Translations under genes and position numbers: made by a program | Notes under the pieces: model-generated | What the model saw: the letters and a program-made list of their open reading frames with translations, nothing else | The model's database searches: none | What the model was told of the DNA's origin: nothing | In this document: piece by piece, positions 53,619 to 64,000 of the stretch | Numbering within the stretch: position 1 is the first letter of the stretch | Layout of the letters: every line of letters starts with the position of its first letter | NCBI RefSeq assembly: GCF_006345805.1 | Contig: NC_042997.1 | Coordinates: 189,782,001 to 189,846,000, forward strand | DNA from: Octopus sinensis | Lineage: Eukaryota | Length of the DNA: 64,000 bases | Direction: 5' to 3'

Positions 53619-53728
53619 CGGTTTTTTTGACTATTTATTAAAATTTTATGTATTGATTAAGTCTTTCCTTGTTTGTTTTGCAAAATAGTGGTTTTGTCTC
53701 TAATAATATTTTATATATATATATATAT

Positions 53729-53994
53729 ATCAAAATAAGCAACAAGTATATCCAGAGGTAATGCAGTACGATCATTTCACGCAACTGTATTTAATTGAAC
53801 AATGCTACCATTACATCAATTTAAATGCCAAACAATCCTCAGCTGCACAAAGACATAGAATTTAATTAAATTAAAACAGATGGACTCATTAGTATAATTT
53901 TACCAAAAATCTCCAAGAATGTAAGGAGATTAAATGGAGTTGCGTGAAACGATCGTACTGCATTACCTCTGGATATCCTCGTTGCTTTTTTGAT
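53729..53994. repeat. Inverted repeat of 57-bp arms carrying a hammerhead 3' half
   Basis: 53729-53786 versus 53938-53994. The right arm contains GAAA-cgatcg-TA; no core 5' half was found. Confidence 0.75.
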
Positions 53995-54479
53995 TTTAAT
54001 CACCTTATTTTGGATAATACCGTACTAAATTCTGGTGCTTCAATTTAAGTACCACATTCATCTGAATCTAAATTTTTGTATATATATGTATGTGTGTCTT
54101 TGTGTTTGTCTCCACACCGCTTGACAACTGGCTTCGGTTTCTTTATACCAGGATAAACTAGTAGTTCGGCAAAAGACCGTGATAAATTAAATATGAGACT
54201 TAAAAAGTAATTACTGGGTTTGACTTGTTCGTCTAAAACCTAAAAGAGGGCGATTGAGCATGGCTACAATCCAATTAATTGAAACAAATTAACAATTAAC
54301 AATATGAAATTTTCAGATTAAAAGCATAGGTGCAAAATGCAGACAAATATAAGGAAATATTTATATCCCTGTGTGGGGAGAAAAATATTAAGATTATTTT
54401 GACTAGTTTAATCCAATACAAGGTATTTCTACACAGAAATTGTCAATCTGAATAAACTGAAATATTTAATGTAGGTTTA

Positions 54480-54722
54480 TACTCTCTTTACTCTTTTACT
54501 TGTTTCAGTCATTTGACTGTGGCCATGCTGGAGCACCGCCTTTTAGTCGAACAAATCAACCCCAGGACTTATTCTTTGTAAGCCTAGTACTTATTCTATC
54601 GGTCTCTTTTGCCGAACCGCTAAGAGACGGGGACGTAATCACACCAGCATCGGTTGTCAAGCGATGTTGGGGAGACAAACACAGACACACAAACATATAT
54701 ATACACACACAGACACACACAG

Positions 54723-54781
<59 letters not shown>

Positions 54782-54942
54782 TACGACGGGCTTCTTTCAG
54801 TTTCCGTCTACCAAATCCACTCACAAGGTTTTGGTGCGCCCGAGGCTATAATAGAAGACACTTGCCGAAGGTGCCACGCAGTGGAACTGAACCCGGAACC
54901 ATGTGGTTCGTAAGCAAGCTACTTATCACACAGCCACTCCCA
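54480..54942 (-). mobile_element. SINE family 1, full length
   Basis: Head to tail match. Confidence 0.9.
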
Positions 54943-55198
54943 CTTTTACATTTTTTTAAAATTCGGTGCAAAATGTAAATAAATGAAAACACATTTTCAT
55001 ATCTGTTTTTCAGCAGAAAAATGTGGAATTTGTTCCGAATAATTTCATCTGTTCCTGGAGATTCAATGTGAAACAAGTACCATATGCCATAATTACATGT
55101 AAATTAGATATGTTCAGTTTATTGTGTTAATTACAAAATACGATATACGCATCCAGGGAGAATTCTAATTAATATTGCCATCTATAATTTATACTTAA

Positions 55199-55756
55199 CT
55201 AGCAGTATCGCCCGGCGTTGCTCGGGTTTGTAAGGGAAATAACTATATACTCTTTTACTCTTTACTCTCTTTTACTTGTTTCAGTCATTTGACTGCGGCC
55301 ATGCTGGAGCACCGCCTTTAATCGAGCAACTCGACCCCGGGACTTATTCTTTTGTAAGCCCAGTACTTATTCTATCGGTCTCTTTTGCCGAACCGAAGCA
55401 TTTTTAGAGAGTTATAGCCAAAAAATAGCAAAAAAATGCATTAGAAATGGAAAAAAAAATGATGGTAAATTTTTTTTAAAATCGTTGACTCATCGTAGAC
55501 ATTTTTAGAGAGTTACTTCCCTTATATAATAGCGAAAAAAATGCATTAAAATGGAAAAAAAATGATGGTAAATTTTTTAAAAATCGTAGACTCATCGTAG
55601 ACTCATCGTAGACGCGCGCTAATACCCAGAAGGGCTCGATATGAATCACGACTATAAGATATCCGGTTTTGGTTAAACTGCACCGCAAAATGTGGGAGTA
55701 GTTAGGAATCTAAATCGGAGTAGACAGACACACAACTTGACTTTTATATATAAAGA
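55199..55756 (-). mobile_element. Non-autonomous Helitron containing a SINE-1 3' fragment (55248-55395)
   Basis: Minus strand A|TCTTTATATATAAAAG ... hairpin CCCGAGCAACGCCGGG - CGATACTG - CTAG|T, with internal direct repeats. Confidence 0.85.
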
Positions 55757-56084
55757 TGTAGACACACTGTTGAGAAGAGAGTTACTGGGTTATCCATAAG
55801 TATCAGAGACGATAAAACAGTGAGAGACGAATACGTCACAGAAAGTATCCGTTGAAACGGCTTAAAAAGGTCTTGCGCTCTCACTGGCAGCTGCTGGGAG
55901 GAACTTCAGTCTCTCTCTTTCTTTCTCTCTCTCTTGCTCTCTCTCTCCTTTGATATGTGTTGTGCTTTTAACACAGTAAATCCATAAGGGATGTTACCGC
56001 AGGACAGATATTGCAGTAGCTGGCCTCTCAACAGTGTATATACTTTAGGTACGAACGATAGATAGTTATTTCAATTTGAATAAA

Positions 56085-56245
56085 AGGCGCAGGCGTGGCT
56101 GTTTGGTAAGAAGCTTGCTTCCAAACCAAAATGGTTCCGGATTCAGAACCACTGCGTGGCGTTTTGGGCGTCTTCTACTATGGCCTCAAGCAGACCAGAC
56201 CCTTGTAACTAAATTTGTAGACGGAAAATGAAACAAGCCCGTCCT
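56085..56245 (+). mobile_element. SINE family 1, 5' part
   Basis: Head match. Confidence 0.8.
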
Positions 56246-56271
56246 GTACACACACACACACACAACACACA

Positions 56272-56302
<31 letters not shown>

Positions 56303-56350
56303 CAACACACACACACATATATATATTATATATATATATTATATATATAT

Positions 56351-56381
<31 letters not shown>

Positions 56382-56489
56382 CCCTAATAGTGGTTTGGAA
56401 TTTAACTGTTCTCTCTAGCATGCAAGGAGTCCTATGATGGATGCCTCTTATGTGTTTAAATGTAGTGTGTGCGTAACTGATGCTTATAT

Positions 56490-56800
56490 AATCGACCCCG
56501 TAAGGATGAAAGGCAAAGTCGACCTTGGCGGAATTTGAACTCAGAAAAGTAACGATAGACGAAATACCTATTTTTTTACTACCCACAAGGGGCTAAACGC
56601 AGAGGGGACAAACAGGGACAGTCAAACGGATTAAGTCGATTACATACCCCAGTGCGTAACTGGTACCTATTTAATGGACTCCGAAAGGATGAAAGGCAAA
56701 GTCGACCTCGGCGGAATTTGAACTCAGAACGTATCGGGAGACGAAATACGGCTACGCATTTCGCCCGGTATGCTAACGTTTCTGCCAGCTCGCCGCCTTA
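56490..56800 (-). mobile_element. SINE family 2, full-length copy plus adjacent partial copy
   Basis: Head AAGGCGGCGAGCTGGCAGAAACG and the LINE-like tail. Confidence 0.9.
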
Positions 56801-57189
56801 GTGTTGTTTCAAATATTGCATTTGCCAATAAGGCTGTTTCTTTTTCTAAAGCAGGTTATGATTTCAGGAGAGAGACATGCACCACCTGAACAGACCAAAC
56901 AGATTGAGCAGACCAATCATTTGATTAAATAATACCATTCTCATTAGACTAATATATGTGTAATAGCAATCGACTTCTGAAGTACGCGTACGTTACCTAA
57001 AAATGAAAGAATTGTTGGACTTCGCCTTCGTTTTCCTTCTTTTGTTTCTTCCACTTCAATAGAATTAAACAAAAACTGAAGAGAAATTTACTGATCCGCT
57101 AAAACGGTTAGTAAGGCTCACCGATATTTATCCCCACCCGAATTAAATCGGTGACTCGTATGTTCAGTATGAACATGCATCAATGATCC

Positions 57190-57375
57190 GTATGTATGTA
57201 TGTATGTATGCATGTATGTATGTATGTATGTATGTATGTATGTATGTATGTATGTATGTATGTATGTATGTATGTATGTATGTATGTACGTATGTATGTA
57301 TGTATGTATGTATGTATGTATGTATGTATGTACGTATGTATGTATGTATGTATGTATGTATGTATGTATGTGTGT
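57190..57375. repeat. (TATG)n microsatellite
   Basis: Read directly. Confidence 0.95.
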
Positions 57376-57756
57376 ATGTATATGATATCAGTATGTAGGT
57401 ACATGTATACATAGATACATACATATACATACATATATATATATATAAATGTATGTGTACGTGTGTTCGTGTGCGCGCTCGTGTGTATTATTTATAACTT
57501 TCGGCATCTTTATCTATCTATCTGTTCAGAATGCTTATTAGATAGGTTAATCACAAAGCCTTATTATTAGTGTTCAGCTGGTGTACATAAAAGAAATCGT
57601 TCAAACGGATATTGTAATTATGTTAATAAATGCAAGGAAGAGCACAATTTGTTACAATAGAACAAAGATCTCGTGAATTGGTCCCGCATGGAAACAAATT
57701 GAGGCGGCAATACTTTCCCTTTTAACATGTCTTCTCCCGCTCACTCCAAACATATA

Positions 57757-57802
<46 letters not shown>

Positions 57803-57830
57803 ATTTACATGATATACATACACACATATA

Positions 57831-57873
<43 letters not shown>

Positions 57874-57947
57874 TAGATAGATAGATAGATAGATAGACAG
57901 ATAGATATATATGTGTGTATGTGTGTAAATATAGACATCTATCTGTG

Positions 57948-58275
57948 AAGGCGCATGACTCAGTGGTTAGAACGTCGAGTTTACGATCGTGAAGTGAGTT
58001 CAAATCCCAGAGCGGGTGCGTGTTGTGCTCTTGAGCAAGACACTTTATTTCACGTTGCTCCAGTTCACTAAATATTAGAAATGAGTTGCCATGTCACTGG
58101 TGCCAAGCTGTATTGACCTTTGCCTTTCCCTTGGATAACATCAGTGGTGTGTGAGAGGGGAGGCTGGTATGCATGGGCAACTATTGGTCTTCCATAAAAA
58201 AAATTTGCCCGGAATTGTACCTGGAGGGTAACTTTCTAGGTGCAATCCCACGGTCAGTCGTGACTGAAGGGAGTC
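57948..58275 (+). mobile_element. SINE family 3
   Basis: Head GAAGGCGCATGACTCAGTGGTTAG. Confidence 0.8.
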
Positions 58276-58283
58276 TCATAGAC

Positions 58284-58391
<108 letters not shown>

Positions 58392-58434
58392 CTATATATA
58401 TCTATATATCTATAATATAGTATAATATATATAT

Positions 58435-58870
58435 AGGCGCAGGAGTGGCTGTGTGGTAAGAAGCTGGCTTTCACACCACATGATACCGGGTTCGGTCCCA
58501 CTGCAGGGCAGCTTGGGCATGTGTTTTCTACTATAGCCTCGGGCCGAACAAAGACTTTTGAGTGGATTTGGTAGACGGAAACTGAAAGAAGCCCGTCGTA
58601 TATGTATGTATGTATGTATGCATGTATGTATGAATGTATGTATGTAGGTATCTATGTATGAATGTATGTATGTATTTGTGTATCTGTGTTTGTCTCCCCA
58701 CCATCGCTTGAGAACAGACTCTGGTGTGTTTACGTCTCCGTAACTTAGCGATTCGGCAAAGACTACCGATAGAATAATTACTAGGCTTACAAAAATAGGT
58801 CCTGGGGTAGATTCGTTCGACTAAAGGTGGTGCTCCAGCATGACTGCAGTCAATTGACTGAAGTAGGAGA
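58435..58870 (+). mobile_element. SINE family 1, full length
   Basis: Head to tail match. Confidence 0.9.
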
Positions 58871-59132
58871 ATGTATATATGTTTGTGTGTGTGTGTGTGT
58901 GTGTGGTGTGTGTGTTTGTTTGTATAAACACACTAACGCACATCCATTTACATTCGTCACATATATACAGACATAAATTTATCCACATTCAAACACATAC
59001 GTAATGCACACACACACACAACACGCACACGCACACCCACACACACACACACACACAGACTTTCGGACGTACACAAACACGCACAATCACTCGCCCTTTG
59101 TGTCTCCGTTGTTTATTCAGATGATGGCCACG

Positions 59133-59552
59133 TATACTCTTTTACTCTTTTACTTGTTTCAGTCATTTGACTGTGGCCATGCTGGAGCACCGCCTTTAGT
59201 CGAGTAAATCGACCCCAGGACTTATTCTTTGTACACCTAGTACTTATTCTATCGGGCTCTGCCGAACCGCCAAGTTACGGGGACGTAAACATACCAGCAT
59301 CGGTTCTCAAGTGATGTTGTGGGGACAAACACAGACACACAAACATATACACACACATACATACATACATATATATATACATATATACGACGGGCTTCTT
59401 TCAGTTTCCATCTACCAAATCCACTCACAAGGCTTTGGTCGGCCCGAGGCTATAGTAGAAGACACTTGGTCAAGGTACCACGCAGTGGGACTGAACCCGG
59501 AACCATGTGGTTGGTAAGCAAGCTACTTACCCCACAGCCATTCCTACGCCTA
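59133..59552 (-). mobile_element. SINE family 1, full length
   Basis: Head to tail match. Confidence 0.9.
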
Positions 59553-59696
59553 CGTATAACCAAAAATCGTTCTGTGATCATTTACATAATCATCAAATTA
59601 ACTAGAAGTTACCCAATGTGTCAATCCCTTATTAAAATAGGGGAGATATTTGCCTGTCATTTCTAGCAGATCGAGGTACCATACATACTTACAAGC

Positions 59697-60944
59697 ACAC
59701 GGGTGCCCAAAAGTAACCAGAAACGTTCTGTTTGAGATAAGCCCGTTGTAGTTCAGGCTTCCACCGCTGGAAGCCACTTGACGTGACTCCCAGGCATCAG
59801 TATGCCGAGCGGCGTCGCAGAGTGAAGTCGTACTGTCAGGTGGTGCGTCTTTGTTTTGCAGTCCTTCTCACCTAACGATAAACATCGCCTTTTTCAAGCC
59901 TAACCAGGCTCATGGGCCCGGTTTCCCGGTCTCTATGGCGTATGTGTTCCCCCCAGCTGGACGAAACGCCAGTTCATCGAAGCGTTACTCAAGAAGCAAG
60001 AAGAGAGAGTGAGAGAAAGTTGTGGCGAAAGAGTACAACAGAGGTCGCCACCACTCCCTGCCGGAGCCACGTGGAACTTTTAGGTGTTTTTGCTCAATAA
60101 ACACACATAACGTCCGGTCTGGGAATAGAAACCACGATCCTCCGCCCGCGAGTCCGTTGCCCTAACCGCTGGGCCATTGCGCCTCCACGCTTCTCCCCTA
60201 CTCGTCGACTTTTGCGATGGGTGAAACGAAGGAACAGCATGATTCCGTGAAACGGTTTTCTGCTGGGTAAATCGGCGACCGAAACAGTTGTCATGCTTCA
60301 AATATCTTATAAGGACGCTGCCATGTCTAAAACACAAGTTCACAAGTGGTTTTCATGCTTTAGGAATGGTTACTCATCGCTTGAAGACCAACCTCGTTCA
60401 GGGTGTCCGCCAACCTCCAGAACGAATGAAAGTATAAAAATTCAAGAACTGATCTTGGAGGACCATTACCGAACAGTTGACGAATTTGTTGATATGATTG
60501 GTGTATCCTGGAACTCCTACCAACGAATTTTGAGGGAGGAATTAGCAAATGAAAAGAGTTGCAGCAAAATGTGTCTCTCGCTTGCACACGGAAAATCAAA
60601 AGCGTTCACGACTGAATGTGTATCGTGAACAGAGAGAACAGTTGGAAATTTATCCGGATCTTTTATAAAAGGTTATCAATGGTGACAAAAGCTGGCGCAA
60701 CGGAATTTGCAGATGTGGAATAGGTGAAGAACAAAAAAAAGAAAAAAAAAAAGGAAAAGGATGGAAGCGTTAGACGGCATCGCTTTGCAAGAGTTCCCAG
60801 TACTGCTTCGAACAGGGGAAAACACCTCTAGACCAATGCATTGCTTCAAATGAAGAATACTTTGAAGGCGATAAAAGTGTAAACGTGTAAAATTGAGTAA
60901 AATAATAATGCAAAATTTTGGTTTCTTTTGGGTACTCTCTCGTA
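59697..60944 (+). mobile_element. Internally deleted mariner, interrupted by a SINE
   Basis: TIR-like ACGGGTGCCCAAAAGTAACC / GGTTTCTTTTGGGTACTCTCTCGTA. Transposase remnant KSATETVVML...WFSCFRNG..SLEDQPRSG.P...MKRVAAK...VINGDKSW // ...EEYFEGD. Confidence 0.85.
59890..60187 (-). mobile_element. SINE family 4 (family-3-like 3' end)
   Basis: Head GGAGGCGCAATGGCCCAGCGGTTAGG; 3' end shared with 41115. Confidence 0.8.
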
Positions 60945-60954
60945 TAAGTATATG

Positions 60955-61460
60955 CATTGGCATGGCACTGTAGTAAGACGTTTGCTTCACAACCACATCA
61001 TTTCGGGTTCAGTCTCACTGTTTAGCACCTTGTGTCATACTATTCCACAATAATATAGGGCCCGACAAAGATTTGCAAGTGGATTTAATGTAGGGAAACT
61101 GAGAAAGAAGACCGTCTATATAGAATAACAGCAGCCTAATGACGGAAACAAAAGACAAAAGATTGGGAGGAGATATGGCAGACGGAAAATGAAAGAAGTC
61201 AGTCGCGCGTGTATAAATATATATGTTTGAATGTGTGCGTGAGGAGGGAGGGCGCGCAAGTATATTTATGTTTATGTTTATCTCCTCAACACCGTGTGGC
61301 AAGCGTTGCGGGATTTTTAGGTCCCCGTAAACCATCGGTTCAACAAGTAAAGAACAACAAAACACCCACGAGATTTAAGAAAAAAAATATATATTGGGGT
61401 CCACTTATTCGACAAAACTCTTCAAGACGGTGCCCCAGTTTGACCGCAGTCCAATGAATG
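60955..61460 (+). mobile_element. Two degenerate SINE family 1 copies
   Basis: Weak matches to the head, the GGAAACTGA region and the tail. Confidence 0.6.
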
Positions 61461-61798
61461 AAAACAGTATAAGTTAAAAGATACGTATAAGTGCAAGTAA
61501 GCACACACGCATTCACAAATACACACACACATATGTACATCCGTACACTTATATATGTGGTTGTGTATGTGTGTGCGGGCGTGCGCACGCGATTGCGTAT
61601 GTATATATATAACAAAGATAATTTCAATGAGTAAAATGTTCCCACAATAGCTTTGAGTGAATGGTATTTGAAATATAAAATTCTGCTTTCTCATAAATAC
61701 ATACGGAGACATAACCACACGCATTATACATATAGATTTACATGACCTCAGAAAAATAATGTATATATGAATATACTCATACATATGCTTACATATAT

Positions 61799-61830
<32 letters not shown>

Positions 61831-62031
61831 ATATGTATAAACATATATATATACATACATACATACATACACACACATATATTTATATATATATATATAT
61901 ATCTTTATATTGAATATATGCATATAATATATAAACATACTTATCTATATATGAAACCGTATATATATTTCTTATTACTATATATGTATGTATACACACA
62001 CATACACACATATATATATAATGTTATTAAT

Positions 62032-62074
<43 letters not shown>

Positions 62075-62474
62075 ATATATATTATATATATATATATATC
62101 TATATATATATGTATGTATGTACATATATGCATATTTACATAAAGTTTAAACAAATGCGGTTCATATTTAACCCGTTGTTAAACCTTATCGCTTCAATTA
62201 ATTCCATCAGATTTTCAACAGTCATCAAAGACTTTGTATTTCGAAGAAAGAGACCGGCATAGCAGGGAACGGTACTTGAACTGTCAAAGCATTATCGATC
62301 CGTTGTTTTTGAAAACCCGGACAAAAATATGTACTACCGCTTTTCGAAGACGCCAGAAGAATTTTCAAAAAGACACAATCGTATATATGTATGTATACAC
62401 ACACATACACACATATATATATATATATGTACATATATATGTATATATATATATATATATGTATATGTATATAT

Positions 62475-62530
<56 letters not shown>

Positions 62531-62615
62531 GTATGTATGTACGTACGTACGTATGTATGTATGTACGTATATATGTATGTATGTATGCATGTATGCATGC
62601 ATGAATGCATGTAAG

Positions 62616-62670
<55 letters not shown>

Positions 62671-62672
62671 AT

Positions 62673-62745
<73 letters not shown>

Positions 62746-63145
62746 TATATATATATATATATGTACATATATATGTATATATATGCATACAAGGCATACA
62801 TGCATATGCACAATATTCTTTGTGAACCGTTTGAATACAAGAAATATGTCGGTTATAGTCTTGATCGTTTCAAACCAAGAATTCCATATTTTTTGAAGTA
62901 GTATCAAATTATGTAGAATTTATAGCAAAACGGCCAGTTTCATATCAATAGAAAAATTGTTCATGCATGTATAAGATAGTTTCAAGCTTCATAAATATAA
63001 TTTATATTATTCCTAGGACTGAATTTACCGATTCTGTTTAGGTTAGATAAATATCGACGTTTGCGTCTGCTTTTCTTTTGATATGATTCCCTGCTTCCAA
63101 GTATGTTTACGTTGGACTACCTATCTTCACCAGAGTACGTCTATA

Positions 63146-63241
<96 letters not shown>

Positions 63242-63374
63242 TGAGAGTTACTGGTGACTATAAGACCCAAAGAGTGGCGGGTAATGCGAAGTAAGTGCTA
63301 TGGACAGACCGTAGTTAAACCCTCGGTTCGATTGTGATACGAGAGAAGAGTCTAATGTGGGTCTTGTATAAGTA

Positions 63375-63410
<36 letters not shown>

Positions 63411-63419
63411 CTAGACAAA

Positions 63420-64000
63420 ACGAAATAGCAAAGCCAAGACCATGAGGAGTTTTCAAGACATTTATAAGGAAATAGCCTTACACCTGTTTCTGGAATATTA
63501 TGGATATCCCTTCATGAGAGACGTTGTGAAATGGTTGAATAAAGGAAATATTTGTGTTGGGATTATTATGGAGAAGGAGTAGATAGAGAATATACAGGGA
63601 AAGAAGAGAATGGGAGTAGAAATAAGATATATAAAAATATTGTAGTTATTCGAGGAAAGTGATGTATAAAAGTAGTAAAACTGTTTCCTGTACTTGGTAT
63701 GTAAGTTCCAATAGTTGTTCATGTTTAGTCATTTGAAAATATGGAGCCTTAGATTTTGTGTTGCTCATTCGAAAGGGTTTCGTGGTGTGAATGAAAATTT
63801 GAGAATGTACTGGTAGTATTTGTGGATAGATAGTGGGAGTAGAGATGTGTGTGATTAGAATGAGGAGACAGGTCAAATTAAAAACATGAAGAGAAAATGA
63901 GAGGAAGAAAGAGAGACAAACAAAAAGTGAAAATAGTGAAAAAATGAAGAAAGGGTGAAAGAAGTGAGAAAAGGAGTGTAGTTGGTGGTCAAGATAATGT
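63420..64000 (-). mobile_element. PLE-like element with degenerate hammerhead (63475-63522)
   Basis: gtct-CTCATGA-agggata...tattcc-a-GAAA-caggtg-TA-aggc, related to 20341-20392; ends at (TA)n. Confidence 0.55.

Larger units (their letters stand above)
52808..53715 (+). mobile_element. Non-coding PLE-type partial tandem (456-bp period) with inverted 5' piece and two hammerheads
   Basis: ~52868-53265 and ~53325-53715 are almost identical. 52808-52865 is an inverted copy of 53267-53325. Both sides are flanked by (TA)n. Confidence 0.85.

Overview
AT-rich, repeat-saturated animal DNA. The SINE families and the very dense (TA)n/(CA)n/(TATC)n/(TATG)n microsatellites suggest an octopus or other cephalopod; this is inference, not a database match. 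I find no supportable host protein-coding gene. Nearly all listed ORFs are translated microsatellites or transposon debris. The window holds: (i) many copies of at least three tRNA-derived SINE families; (ii) numerous Penelope-like (PLE) remnants, including a GIY-YIG endonuclease pseudogene and about ten hand-folded minimal type I hammerhead ribozyme motifs whose 3:8 core pair appears as C:G, U:A and G:C; (iii) a 5'-truncated U6 snRNA copy fused directly to the 5' end of a full-length SINE; (iv) a deleted Ty3/Gypsy element whose 5' LTR is joined head-to-tail to two ORF1-only LINE-like elements that share their 3' tail with one SINE family; (v) two deleted mariners, a Tc1-like MITE, a Helitron, CR1, R4/Dong and RTE remnants, and a 660-bp foldback transposon with telomeric repeats and an 8-bp TSD. 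All RNA structures and alignments were done by eye. No activity or database identity has been tested, and most element boundaries are approximate.
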